A stretch of 63,669 nucleotides of DNA, filler included, from Octopus bimaculoides (lineage: Eukaryota): NCBI RefSeq assembly GCF_001194135.2. It is 4 parts of 4 records of this genome, joined end to end, with 100 filler letters (N's around TTAATTAATTAA, not from the genome) between each part and the next. Parts side by side here need not be neighbours in the genome. Positions count along the whole stretch, not along the records: positions 28,440 to 48,493 come from NC_068981.1; positions 48,594 to 62,083 come from NC_068990.1; 2 more parts are not named here. One strand, 5' to 3'. The notes below the pieces were generated by a model. That model saw only the letters and a list, made by a program, of their open reading frames with translations, ran no database searches and was not told the origin of the DNA. Position 1 is the stretch's first letter, and every line of letters starts with the position of its first letter. The translations under genes were made by a program, and so were the position numbers. Positions 41,036 through 54,149 of the stretch are shown piece after piece.

Positions 41036-42059
41036 AAAGCATAGCTTTTGTTAATGAATATTCTGCTTTGGGGACTGTTTTAGAGGATCCTCACGCAAAC
41101 TCCAGGAACTTTTCTCACTATATTATCGTAAACAATCCAGTTACTAATTGTTTCAGAAGCATATAACAGATGGAATACTTGTCCATGCAGTTTTGTTCTG
41201 AGGCACTCAAACATCATAGCGAAAAACATACCCGATTTTCACGGGGTGTTTATGAACAATACTTGTGGTAAGTTCCAACTTCTCTGCAAGTTCTCTAGTC
41301 ATAATGTTCGAGTTTTTCTTCAATGGTTACCTTCAAAATATCGTCAACTAAAATTGAGGGTCTAAATTTTGCAAACCATCTTCGAACAGTTGATTTACTA
41401 CATTTTCACCATAAACTCCACAAATGATTTTACACGTTTCTGCAGCATTTTCATCTTTTTCTTTTCTTTTAAGAAAAAAAAAACATTACGTAGCGAATAT
41501 ATAACTTTTGGTTATCCATTTCAAATGGCAAGTAGGATTGAAAGGACTAAAATACATGCTGATTTTCAGCGTGGAACATAGCTGATAAGCTTCAATACTG
41601 CATGCAGTTCTGAAATATGAGTCATACTAAAATTAGGATTGTTGCATGAAGGGCTTAAAGACATAAATCCTGAAGTCGCTCAGAACTTTCCGGACAACGT
41701 GATAATTTTTAAAGCTGATTGGACAGGATGTCATTATTTTTAAAACTAACAGGATCCTGTCGAATGAATACAATTGACTGTAACAGGAAAATTTAAAACT
41801 TGCCTCTTTGAATTGGTTCCATCGCAAAATGGGTTAGCCTTGATTTTCCATTGGTAAATCCCTAGTAGTTCTTTACAAATCTCAACTTTCATATGAGGAC
41901 AGCTTTGGAAAACTAGTCTTATAATATTTTTTGAAATATGAAATGTAAGTTTGAGAAAAATGCTTATCCTCATGTTCTTTCGGTTAGAAACCTTTGTGAA
42001 CGACATGTTAGAAAAGGGCTGCTTCAAGCTCACACTTTTGATTTCATCTCTGATTCTCT

Positions 42060-42089
42060 TGGTAATCTATGTATATAACACAAAGGATG

Positions 42090-42128
<39 letters not shown>

Positions 42129-42330
42129 CGCGCGCACACGTCTGTGTATGCATTTCTACAGTTTTCAACCGATTTTCATCAAACTTTACACACACACACA
42201 TTACTTATGTGCCAAGGATGGTCATGGACTATAGCATTTTGCCTAGAGCTCCCGCATAATGCAAGAAGCCGACCGGGCTTTTCACATGGGTTTTTCTGCA
42301 AAAGCTGCAGGTTTCAATCGATTCTCTCCC
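42060..42330 (+). mobile_element. Possible Helentron-associated (HINE/DINE-like) non-autonomous element
   Basis: (TG)n followed by GTCTGTGTATGC...TTTTCAACCGATTTTCATCAAACTTTACACAC, a layout typical of such elements; termini not resolved. Confidence 0.4.
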
Positions 42331-42569
42331 TTTGACTTCTGCAGTTTTCAAGTGATTCTCTCCCTTTAAGTCGTTGTCTGTTTCTTTCACTCACTCTCTC
42401 TCTCCCTCCCACTCCCTCCCTCTCCCCCTCTCTCTCGTGTGTTGTACGTTCTCCCTACAACATTACTTATTTTAAATGGTTTGCACTCCGTCTATTTAAA
42501 TACACTATTTACTTTTCTCCCTCTATCGAAAACCGTTGTGATACAGCCGATAAGCCTTCATTACTAACC

Positions 42570-43102
42570 AATGAGAATTCAACGTACAGCAATCCAATGC
42601 TGTTACACGAAGAAGATTGCTTCAATGCAACAAGACAGTTCCTGAGAAAATTAAGATTCATATCCTTATAGCAAAGAAGGAAAAGATATGCAATAATATA
42701 TGTCTGAAAGATCCTGGAAGGACTTGCACTAAACTGTGTCATTGAAGCCTATGCGAATAGTCGAACAGGCGCCATTGTATAGTTACCAAAGATCTCATCC
42801 TCGCCATCTAGATTAAAAACAAATTCTGAGATATGTCCAAAGAATTACAACTTTTCAGTATCCTACAAAAAGGCTTCATAGACCTGCATGGTGTGGAATT
42901 AAGTGTCAACAAGAAGCAGTTGAACTTTCTGCTGCCTAAAATTGCAGTTGAACGTGCTTCGCTGCAAGAATCAAACCTAAGAGCAGCAACCTCGAATTCC
43001 TTCATTTACCAAATGCTAACTAAAGAAGGAATGTAATATCATCAATGGCTATGCCCCAGCATGGCCACAACTTATGATCTGAAGCAAGTTAAAGATAAAA
43101 GA
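42570..43102 (+). mobile_element. CR1/L2-like LINE 3' end with tail
   Basis: 'SL*QRRKRYAIIYV*KILEGLALN', 'NSRTGAI', 'LFSILQKGFIDLHGVELSVNKKQLNFLL' match the post-RT C-terminus of CR1-group LINEs; followed by GCCCCAGCATGGCC...AAAGATAAAAG. Confidence 0.7.
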
Positions 43103-43842
43103 TTACACACAAACATGCGCGTGCACGCATACAAACACACACACATGCGCGCATACTTATTCTCTATTAGTAACCGGCTTGAATTTTGCTATGAACTTAA
43201 ATGTCAAAGAAATACACAGGCACATACATATACATCCATGCACACATACACACACATACATACATACATACACTTTGGTTGGATTCTTTTACTCACTGAC
43301 ATTAGCTCACGAAAGGGGCTCTTAGATCTTTAACAAATAAAATTGATATCTCTCAAATTACTACCTACATTATGGAGAAGAAGGACGCATTGGATGATGT
43401 GATTCTTGACGCACTGCGCCTGAGAAAAAGATGGGATGGTCACGTATAAAAAGTGTTTGATCAAAGATATACTTGATCATAGTTGACCAAGGATTAAACA
43501 ACAAATAAAAGTGCACCGAAACACAGAACTACACTCTAAACAACTATATCACTGCGTATCTTTCCCGCTTTTGCTCTAAGGAATGGAGTCTTAACTTTCC
43601 AAGTGATTGATCTGTTGCATTGAGGCAATCTTCTTCGTGCAACAGCAGGGGATTGCTTCAAGATTCCGCGATAAAAAAATAAAACAAACAAAAACTTCCA
43701 AAAACAGTATCACAATTAACATGTGTTACATACACATACACACACACACGTGTCCGTGTGTGTATACATAGACTAAGTTTTTATATGCGTATATATACAT
43801 ATTTATATATATGCATTCATGCATATACACGCACAATATATG

Positions 43843-43873
<31 letters not shown>

Positions 43874-44039
43874 ATNNNNNNNNNNNNNNNNNNNNNNNNN
43901 NNNNNNNNNNNNNNNNNNNNNNNNNNNNNNNNNNNNNNNNNNNNNNNNNNNNNNNNNNNNNNNNNNNNNNNNNNNNNNNNNNNNNNNTATATATAAATTT
44001 AATAAATGGAGTAATACGCATATGTTAAATGAATTCTTT

Positions 44040-44131
44040 TATTTCCGACATATGTTTCGAAGATTAAAAATGGTTCCTTCCAAAGGAATAAGTGATGTTG
44101 ATAAAGATGTAATGTTCTCTTCAGGGAAATA
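44040..44131 (-). ncRNA. Type I hammerhead ribozyme motif, catalytic core intact
   Basis: Minus strand: TATTTCC-CTGAAGA-GAACATTA...TAATCTTC-GAAAC-ATAT-GTC-GGAAATA. 7-bp stem I, stem II with one C-C mismatch, palindromic ACATATGT stem III, GUC triplet. Confidence 0.8.
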
Positions 44132-44932
44132 CATAGGATCCAACTTAACCGTAAGACATTTTAACCCAGAACATCTATAGACATGAACTTAAACATTACT
44201 TTCAGTTTAACCTAACATAAACATTACTTCCAGCGATGTTCAATACGTTCTGCTTCAATAACCTTATTCCTTTAATTTCATTGCTCTTTCGTACCTCCAT
44301 ATCCTTCACTTGCTGCTTTCACTTTCTTCAGCAAAGATATGAGTTATTTATCCTGTTTAGGTTATATTAGTGGCATTATTCTGCGTCTAAAAATTTTATT
44401 TGTCTTCTTTAACTTTCTTAGATTCTAAGATTCTGAAAGCAATCTTAGTTCATTTGTTTACGTTTATCGTAAGATGAATTCAAAACATATAAATATTTTC
44501 TTCTCTCTGTTTTATATCTATTGGAAAACCCTTGCACCAACAAATATAGAACGTGATTATCGAAGTAAACTTTGGTAATAATATTAACTTAGTTTATACA
44601 AGTAATTTTTACTCCTTTAACCCCCTTTTTTGCCTCATCTAATTTCCATCTAACTTAACAACACAATCTATCTCTTTAGATTAATAGACTATCCACCACC
44701 TTTATAAATTGTCGATCACTTAATATCTTACTAGTTAATATCAGCATCATTTTCCTATACATATAGCACTGCCTTAATATTCATCACCACACGACTACCG
44801 TGTGTATATGCGTACAAATGTATGTATATGTATGTATGTGTCTATGTATATGTATGTGTATGTGTGTGTATATATGTGTGCATGTGTGTGTATGTATATA
44901 TATGTGTACACATATATGTATATATTTGGACT

Positions 44933-44977
<45 letters not shown>

Positions 44978-45272
44978 TTAAAGGCATTTATGTCAACACT
45001 GCATGTATAAATACAAGATTAATTCCCCTTTGAGGTCCCATTATACATAAAACATTCTTCTCCCATTTTTATCGGGTTTAAATCATCTTATTGACTTCCC
45101 ATTCTAAATTCTAAATTCCTTATTTTCCTTCTTTTCTTCCCTCCTTGTCCAACGTACTGTCTCGTATCGTTGCAACCTGCAACGGTTTTTTCAAACAAGA
45201 TACGTAGCAATCTTCTCTACCTATAGTTATCACATTCGGTTAAAATGTCTTACGGTTAAGTTGGATCCTATG

Positions 45273-45364
45273 TATTTCCCTGAAGAGAAGATTACATCTT
45301 TTTCAACATCACTTATTCCTTTAGAAGGACCCATTTGTAATCTTCAAAACATATGTCGGAAATA
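45273..45364 (+). ncRNA. Type I hammerhead motif, probably inactive (G12A)
   Basis: TATTTCC-CTGAAGA-GAAGATTAC...GTAATCTTC-AAAAC-ATAT-GTC-GGAAATA: perfect 9-bp stem II, but GAAA is mutated to AAAA (CpG-type change). Confidence 0.7.
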
Positions 45365-46058
45365 AAAGAATTCATTTAACATATGCGTATTACTCCATTT
45401 ATTAAATTTTTATATTTACTCAATTACCCAAAATAACAGGGAGTTTCTACCTCATAAACAGGAGTTACACCACAGTCATTTTGTGATCTTTGCTACTCTC
45501 GTATCTATTAACCAATTTATTTTGTCGGAGTTAATTATTAACTAAGAGAAAATAAATACATATAATGATNNNNNNNNNNNNNNNNNNNNNNNNNNNNNNN
45601 NNNNNNNNNNNNNNNNNNNNNNNNNNNNNNNNNNNNNNNNNNNNNNNNNNNNNNNNNNNNNNNNNNNNNNNNNNNNNNNNNNNNNNNNNNNNNNNNNNNN
45701 NNNNNNNNNNNNNNNNNNNNNNNNNNNNNNNNNNNNNNNNNNNNNNNNNNNNNNNNNNNNNNNNNNNNNNNNNNNNNNNNNNNNNNNNNNNNNNNNNNNN
45801 NNNNNNNNNNNNNNNNNNNNNNNNNNNNNNNNNNNNNNNNNNNNNNNNNNNNNNNNNNNNNNNNNNNNNNNNNNNNNNNNNNNNNNNNNNNNNNNNNNNN
45901 NNNNNNNNNNNNNNNNNNNNNNNNNNNNNNNNNNNNNNNNNNNNNNNNNNNNNNNNTTTCAAGCCTACCCAGGCTCATAGGCCCAGTTTCCCGGTTTCTA
46001 TGGCGCATGTGTTCTCACCCAGCTGGACGGGACACCAGTCTATTGCAGCATTACTCAA

Positions 46059-46197
46059 GAAACAGGAAGAAAGAGTGAGAGAAAGTTGGGGCGAAAGAGT
46101 ACAACAGGGGTCGCCACATCCACCCCTGCCGGAGCCTCGTGGAGCTTTTAGGTGTTTTCGCTCAATAAACACACACAAGGCCCTGTCTGGGAATCGA
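46059..46197 (-). mobile_element. SINE family A internal fragment
   Basis: Matches 51195-51320. Confidence 0.8.
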
Positions 46198-46801
46198 CAT
46201 ACATGGACATACACACACACGCACATACAAGCACACACACACAGAGTAACGCACATTTACTCCACAGACACAACCCCACACAACCCCATGCATACACACA
46301 TACACACACTCACATACACACACATGCACACACACGCACGCGCTCACACAGACACAGGCACATACTGCACACCAAACACACACACACACAACATGTACAT
46401 ATACACACAAATATACTTCAAACTACCAGTTCAACACCTTTCTACTGACCATTCTCCTACGTACATGTGAAGGGACACTCTACACAAAAGACAGCCACTC
46501 GTACTATAGAGTCTTCTTACGACATTGAGCGACACACATACACATATAAACAGCGAAAACCACACACACACAGAACACATACACACACATACGCGCACAC
46601 ACGTGCTATTATTACACACTCACAGACCTGCGCGCACGCACATACCTACACATACACACACACACACCTTCCCTTACACTCTCCTGTCTTAGAAAGAACT
46701 TTTTCCTTCACCCATTCCCTTCCGGTCATTTCAAAATGTAACCACATGTGAATTGTTGGCGATTTTCTTCCTCCGTCTTGCCTGCTTTTGGACTTTCCTC
46801 T

Positions 46802-46836
46802 ATTTCTGAAGAAGATCTTTGCTCGAAACATTAAAT
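46802..46836 (+). ncRNA. Degenerate hammerhead motif in a diverged H2-related element
   Basis: ATTT-CTGAAGAA-GATCTTTGCTC-GAAAC-ATT-AAAT; the downstream sequence (TTCCTGAGCGTC...GTCCTCG..TGTTGTT) resembles the H2 tail. Confidence 0.4.
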
Positions 46837-47863
46837 CCTTTCCTGAGCGTCTGATAATACATCACTTGTACCACGTCCTCGCATTGTTGTTTTTTCATGT
46901 TTGTTCTTCTTTGTTTGGAATAACTATATATATATATATATNNNNNNNNNNNNNNNNNNNNNNNNNNNNNNNNNNNNNNNNNNNNNNNNNNNNNNNNNNN
47001 NNNNNNNNNNNNNNNNNNNNNNNNNNNNNNNNNNNNNNNNNNNNNNNNNNNNNNNNNNNNNNNNNNNNNNNNNNNNNNNNNNNNNNNNNNNNNNNNNNNN
47101 NNNNNNNNNNNNNNNNNNNNNNNNNNNNNNNNNNNNNNNNNNNNNNNNNNNNNNNNNNNNNNNNNNNNNNNNNNNNNNNNNNNNNNNNNNNNNNNNNNNN
47201 NNNNNNNNNNNNNNNNNNNNNNNNNNNNNNNNNNNNNNNNNNNNNNNNNNNNNNNNNNNNNNNNNNNNNNNNNNNNNNNNNNNNNNNNNNNNNNNNNNNN
47301 NNNNNNNNNNNNNNNNNNNNNNNNNNNNNNNNNNNNNNNNNNNNNNNNNNNNNNNNNNNNNNNNNNNNNNNNNNNNNNNNNNNNNNNNNNNNNNNNNNNN
47401 NNNNNNNNNNNNNNNNNNNNNNNNNNNNNNNNNNNNNNNNNNNNNNNNNNNNNNNNNNNNNNNNNNNNNNNNNNNNNNNNNNNNNNNNNNNNNNNNNNNN
47501 NNNNNNNNNNNNNNNNNNNNNNNNNNNNNNNNNNNNNNNNNNNNNNNNNNNNNNNNNNNNNNNNNNNNNNNNNNNNNNNNNNNNNNNNNNNNNNNNNNNN
47601 NNNNNNNNNNNNNNNNNNNNNNNNNNNNNNNNNNNNNNNNNNNNNNNNNNNNNNNNNNNNNNNNNNNNNNNNNNNNNNNNNNNNNNNNNNNNNNNNNNNN
47701 NNNNNNNNNNNNNNNNNNNNNNNNNNNNNNNNNNNNNNNNNNNNNNNNNNNNNNNNNNNNNNNNNNNNNNNNNNNNNNNNNNNNNNNNNNNNNNNNNNNN
47801 NNNNNNNNNNNNNNNNNNNNNNNNNNNNNNNNNNNNNNNNNNNNNNNNNNNNNNNNNNNNNNN

Positions 47864-47900
<37 letters not shown>

Positions 47901-47956
47901 ACGTATGTGTATATATATATGTATATGTATATATATATATATGGCTGTAAGTCCAT

Positions 47957-47989
<33 letters not shown>

Positions 47990-48180
47990 ATGTAGGTATC
48001 TTTTATCTTTTACTTGTATCAGTCATTAGACTGCGGCCATGCTGGGGCACTGCCTTGAAGAATCTTTTTAGTTGAATGAATCGACCCGAGAAATTAATTT
48101 TACTTTTAAGCCTGGTATTTATTCTATGTCAAGCAGTCGTGGAGAATAAACATACACACACACACAAATATATATGCGCG

Positions 48181-48480
48181 TAAAGGCGCATGGCTTAATG
48201 GTTAAGGTGTTGCACTCACGATTGCGAGATCGCAGGTTCGATTCCCAGACCGGACGTTTCGTTGTGTTCTTGAACAAAGCACTTCATTTCACGTTCTTTT
48301 GCGATAATTTCGTCATCTGACATGTGGCACCTGTTTCACCTGTACAGGTAATGTTGCTCTGATGGAGGGAATGAGCTTATGGCTACACAAACATTTGATC
48401 ACTATAGATAAATCATCTGTGTGGTTGTTCGGTAAGAAATTGTCGAACCCTCATACGTCGTTTAACGACAGGAGTGTCCA
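48181..48480 (+). mobile_element. tRNA-derived SINE family D
   Basis: TGGCTTAATGG A box, GGTTCGATTCCC B box, then GTTGTGTTCTTGAACAAAGCACTT; related heads at 58215-58460(+) and 53290-53520(-). Confidence 0.7.
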
Positions 48481-49208
48481 TCATATATATATANNNNNNN
48501 NNNNNNNNNNNNNNNNNNNNNNNNNNNNNNNNNNNNNTTAATTAATTAANNNNNNNNNNNNNNNNNNNNNNNNNNNNNNNNNNNNNNNNNNNNGTACTAG
48601 CCTTAATAAATAAGTCCTGGTGTTCATTTGTTCTACTAAAACCCTTGACGGTGGTGCTCCAGCATGGTCACATGGCCACAGTCAAATGGCTGAAACAACA
48701 AACAAGATGAGGACAAATATCCGTCAAATGTATGTATATATGTATATATATATATATAACTATGCCAAGGAGCTATAATCCTTTAAGGGATATTTGCATC
48801 CTAGTTCTCCGGTTTCTACCAGTGTTCAGAGAAAAACTAAATACGTTAGTTCTACATTGGTGGATATGCTTATTTAAATTATTTGTGAAAGAGTAAAAGA
48901 AGAAACTAGAGAAATTGACATATAAACATCAGTTTATTCAAAGATATTCAAATCAATTTAATATGAAATTCTTATCCCTACGGCTGTTTCTATGGCCAAT
49001 TAATTCATTTAGAGAAATTAAATTAAATCAAGGAACGAGCAACACGTTGGAATGTAAATCTTTTCTGAACAATTCTCCCTTGATGAAATACCCAATTAAC
49101 CAGTTTCAATACGAAAATTTTAAATTAGTTTAATCTAATTTAATTTCTCTAATTGGCTATGGAAACGGCTGTAGGTATATGAATTTCATATTTCATTGAT
49201 GATGTCTA

Positions 49209-50094
49209 CTAGGTCTGATCAATAAGTATCCGGACTGTTGCCATAGTAACAAAGCTAAAGCACGCAGAGTGAAGCTGCTTGGCACAGATTGATCTTGACT
49301 TCTGCTGTGTCGGCACACTAAGTTTTAATATTCTAGCTCACTTCCGCTGTTTACAGCAATGCTTGGAAGTAAGGTGTGTAACGTGTGATCATTGCCTTGA
49401 CCATGACAGGAAAAGGTGTCATGGTGATACCTGCTCAGAGGTCTACGCAGAGTTGCAGAAAGTATATGGAGAGGAATGTATGAGTCGCTCACAAGTGTAG
49501 GAGTGGTTCAGACGTTTCCAAGATGGCTGAAAAAATGTGGATAGTGACGAACGTTCTGGGAGACCCGCAATCGGCAGAAGAAAAACATGCTAGATGTGCC
49601 GGCAGCTGTGAGGGGAAATCATTGAATCACCATCTGTGAGTTATCAGAGGATGTGCAGATTAGTTACGGTTCAGTTCAGTCTATTTTCACTGAAGATTTA
49701 GAAATGAGACGCGTGTCTGCCAAGTTTGTGCCAAAACTACTTTCAGCTGACAAAAATTACAGGGGTTCCAGTTGCACAAGATCTCCTTGAATGTGTCGAG
49801 AACGATAAAAACTTTTTGAAAACTTTGGGTAGGCCTCTGAGCAGGTATCGCCAAGCTTTTAGCAAAATTTGATGCAGATTCTCTGTTCAACTTTCTCTGT
49901 GATGGTCAATGCGACGATCATACGCCACACATCTTCCTTCCAAGCACTGCTGTAAACAGCGGAAATAAACTAAAGCGTTAAAACTTAGTGCGCATGCACA
50001 GCAGATTTCACGGTTAATCTGTGCCAAACGGCTTCACTCATGCTCTAACTTCGTTATTATAGCAACAGTCCGGATATTTATTGATCAGACCACG
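49209..50094 (+). mobile_element. Internally deleted mariner element with both TIRs and TA duplication
   Basis: TIRs GGTCTGATCAATAA(G/A)TATCCGGACTGTTGC at both ends, flanked by TA (49207-08, 50095-96); internal 'EVYAELQKVYGEECMSRSQV*EWFRRF..DERSGRP' and 'EMRRVSAKFVPKLL'. Confidence 0.92.
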
Positions 50095-50497
50095 TATATC
50101 TCAATTTCTCCATTTTGTTGTTTTTCTCTTTCACACANNNNNNNNNNNNNNNNNNNNNNNNNNNNNNNNNNNNNNNNNNNNNNNNNNNNNNNNNNNNNNN
50201 NNNNNNNNNNNNNNNNNNNNNNNNNNNNNNNNNNNNNNNNNNNNNNNNNNNNNNNNNNNNNNNNNNNNNNNNNNNNNNNNNNNNNNNNNNNNNNNNNNNN
50301 NNNNNNNNNNNNNNNNNNNNGTATATAGGTACTCCACAAGGTACATAATAACGTTATAGAAACATGTTTTTTTGACCGAAGGAGGTCAACAAACGTTCAT
50401 ATAAGATAGGATCTATTTTGAGCCGTGACATGAGTCTAATGGATGGAAAATTTATCTCCCATATATCATGTGCGAGTGTGTGCGTATGTATGTGTGC

Positions 50498-50541
<44 letters not shown>

Positions 50542-51008
50542 ACATGTTTTATATAGCATTTTATTGCATTGCATTATATTCATATCAAATACACACACGT
50601 TGTTTATTACGCACAAATGTACATACCTACCTACATAATCAATACATACGCACAGAGACATACACGTATGTATACGCGCATGTGTGTGTATACGACAGCT
50701 GGATTCATAACCCCACTGCTCATCCTTACTTTTAGGGAATCCTCTAATCAAAACAACATATCGTGTTAATTCAATTCCTAAACATGAACATGCAGAAAAT
50801 TCCATTCATCGTAACTTGACACCAGAACAAAGGTTAATGAACTTCGAAAATTACAATAACTTCACAATAATACCGCTTCCATCTATAGAAATCTTTAGAA
50901 AATGCTGCTATTTATGACAGAATGCTAAAATTTCTTTCTGCTCTTCTATCCTTCTCAACATAGTATCGATTAAAACAAATGTGTAGGATGTATTTTGCTA
51001 CCAAATTG

Positions 51009-51378
51009 TGGCACCCCGTCGGTTAGGACGTCGAGGGTTCCAGTTGATCCGATCAGCGGAACAGCCTGCTCGTGAAATTAACGTGCAAGTGGCTGAGCAC
51101 TCCACAGACACGTGTGCCCTTAACGTAGTTCTCGGGGTGATTCAGCGTGACACAGAGTGTGACAAAGCCGGCCTTTTGAAATACAGGTACAACAGAAACA
51201 GGAAGAAAGATTGAGAGAAAGTTGTGAAAGAGTACAGCAGGGTTTGCCACCACCGGAGCTTCGTGGAGATTTAGGTGTTTTCGCTCAATAAACACTCACA
51301 AAGCCCGATCTGAGAATCGAAACCGCGATCCCACGACCGCGAGTCCGCTACCCTAACCACTGGGCCATTGCGTTTCTA
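51009..51378 (-). mobile_element. SINE family A, near full-length copy
   Basis: Reverse-complement homolog of 12738-13086, extending through the tail. Confidence 0.9.
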
Positions 51379-52352
51379 CATGTGACATTACGCAAAATAT
51401 AAAGCAAATTTCCTTTCTTGTTTGTTATATTAAAGCATTTAAATTTACTGTTGAATGTAGTTTTTCTTGTCTGGTCTATGGTAGATACGTTGCTCTATTT
51501 ACGATGGTGCTTTTGTCATTTGTATCTGTGTAAAGAGGTTTTACCTTGTGAGCCTTTAGTTATAGCTGTATTCTTATTGGAGCAACGTCATAAAGCTTTC
51601 TTTTCAAATTTCTCAGTGCTTCAAAACGCTATCTAATAACACACATACATATGCATATGATGTGTGTGTGTGCTGTGTTTGATTTGAATGAGATAAAAAA
51701 AAAGCCCACATATTAGCTTTCGAGTGAAGTACAGATACTCGTATATAAATTTCAGTGGCTACAATATTAAAAAGATCGACCCCCGGATTAAGATGGAAGC
51801 TCAAAGGCCAATTACTTCCGGCTATATCTGTTCATCAGATTCTTGCTCCGTATCGGCTCAAATATCGCTTTCTAATATGACGTATTTTCTAGCAAATTAC
51901 GCTCTTTCAACAGTTGTTATATCACATAGTTAAATGCACATATTCATGTCATGTATAAACACGATATTCTGTGAAGGGATTCTATAAATGTGAGGGTGAG
52001 CAATGGGTTTATGCATTATGGTGTTTACGGACACACACATATACGTGTATATATGCATGTGCGTGTTTGCTTGTGTGAATGTATGTACGTATAATATTTA
52101 ATTTATATATTAGTATGTATGTATATTACAACAGAATATAATGCATCATTTATATACATGGATTTTTGTATTAAGGCTCTCACAGACGCATCGATGTACG
52201 CGTATATTTATTTATTTTATTATATGTGCAAAACAAATCCACACAGGAGCCGACGTAAGCTTAAATAATAAACTGCAATAGGTGAACCGCGATATGGCGA
52301 AGGATTACTTTATACATACATACGTACATACATACATACATACATACATACA

Positions 52353-52417
<65 letters not shown>

Positions 52418-52703
52418 NNNNNNNNNNNNNNNNNNNNNNNNNNNNNNNNNNNNNNNNNNNNNNNNNNNNNNNNNNNNNNNNNNNNNNNNNNNNNNNNNNN
52501 NNNNNNNNNNNNNNNNNNNNNNNNNNNNNNNNNNNNNNNNNNNNNNNNNNNNNNNNNNNNNNNNNNNNNNNNNNNNNNNNNNNNNNNNNNNNNNNNNNNN
52601 NNNNNNNNNNNNNGAATCAATTTGGAATCTATTTTGTTTTTGTTTTTTGTTTTTTTCTTCTAGTTAATTTTAGTTAATTTTTGTTTATTTTCAAATCATT
52701 AAA

Positions 52704-53081
52704 ATGGAATATCAAGTTAAAAAAGACGAGCATTTGTGACACCTTTTTGCTTTTAATCAAGGTTCTAAGGCCGCAAAAGCTGCTCGCGACATTTGTGCTG
52801 TGTATGGACAGGGTGCCATAGCTGAAAGAACCGCTCGTGATTGGTATGCCAAGTTCAAAAATGGACATTTTGACCTCAAAGACGCACCTCGTTCTGGCCG
52901 TCCAGTTGAGTTCGATGAAGAGCGAACTTTTGCACGAAAATTCTCGTCAAACGATAAGGGAACTGGCAGAGAAAATGGAATGTTCCCACGCTGCTATAGA
53001 GAAGCATCTTCACTCGATGAGAAAGGTTCAGAAGTACGGAGCATGGATTCCGCATGCTTTAAATGACAACAACAAAAATCA
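52704..53081 (+). mobile_element. Mariner transposase N-terminal (HTH) fragment
   Basis: 'AARDICAVYGQGAIAERTARDWYAKFKNGHFDLKDAPRSGRPVEFDEE' then frameshifted 'LLHENSRQTIRELAEKMECSHAAIEKHLHSMRKVQKYGAWIPHAL'. Confidence 0.93.
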
Positions 53082-53082
53082 C

Positions 53083-53259
53083 CGCCGCTTGACAACCGGT
53101 GTTCGCGTCCCCATAACTTAGCGGTTCGACAATAGTGACAGGTAGAATAAGTACCAGGTTTAAAACATAAGTACTAGGGTTGATTCATTCGACTAAAAAT
53201 TCAAGACGGTGCCCCAGCATGGCCGCAGTCTAATGACTGAAACAAGTGAAAGATAAAAG
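53083..53259 (+). mobile_element. SINE family B tail fragment
   Basis: CGCTTGACAACCG...GCCCCAGCATGGCCGCAGTCTAATGACTGAAACAAGTGAAAGATAAAAG; similar tails at 47998-48170(-) and 48594-48695(+). Confidence 0.8.
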
Positions 53260-54149
53260 CTGGCATAAGTACTGTCTTGTGTCTTAGAATTTACAGGGCC
53301 AGTTTCCATGGCGTGTAAATTGACCGAGAATACAATATTACCCTGAACGGGCTCTAGTCTGTCACATGGTTACTCATTTATAGCTAAGTAGACTGTAACA
53401 ACATGAAATGCAGTGTTTTGCTTAAAAAACACAACGTACTGTTCGCTACGGGAATCGAAACCGCGATCTTATGACTGCGAATGCAAGATCCTAATCTCTA
53501 GGCCATGTGCCTTCACTGAGAGGGTGACGGATGTTATAGTTGTTAAAGCATCGGATAAAATGCCTTGTGACAGATGCTTACATTCTGAGTCCAAATCTTG
53601 CTGGGGGCAACTTTGCCTTCATCCCTTTGATGATGATATAAAGTAGCAGTCAAGTACTGTGGTCAATGTAATCAAGTACTCCTCTCTCCCAAAACTGCTG
53701 CCCATGCTTAAATCAGAAACAAGTATAAAATTCTTGACCTTCTTAAGCAATTTCTATAAACATTTGACATAAAAGACAATGATGATCCTCGTAAATATCT
53801 AAAAAGAGGTACAAACAGATATGATTAGGAATCACTGCGAAAAATTGGTTTTTACTTCATTTAAAAAAAATCTGCTTTTTTATATTACATTTTTCTTTTG
53901 CAAATCATGGGGTAGAAAGTGGGGATGTTTGAAGGACGCCATTCGGTAAAAGGCTGAAAAGTACTGATATAAACATTTCGTCATTGAGTACAACTCATGC
54001 ATTGTCGTATATGACTTAAACCACAAGAGCTTGCAGGAAAACTTGATGTTTTTATAAATGGATATAAAATGTTTACAAATATAAGATGTTAGCAACCTTT
54101 ACTATCTAAATGTCAGAACAATGTGTGTTATTTATGAACTTATAAGGTA

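Larger units (their letters stand above)
43995..45409. repeat. 172-bp inverted repeat (43995-44166 / 45238-45409) with ~1.07 kb spacer, family H3
   Basis: The arms are reverse complements with 6 mismatches by my count; each arm contains a hammerhead motif. Confidence 0.92.

Noticed and set aside
40860-41040. Possible HDV-like ribozyme in the RTE 5'UTR
   Set aside because: RTE UTRs often carry one, but I could not fit the nested P1/P1.1/P2/P3 pseudoknot by hand; a descriptor search would be needed.
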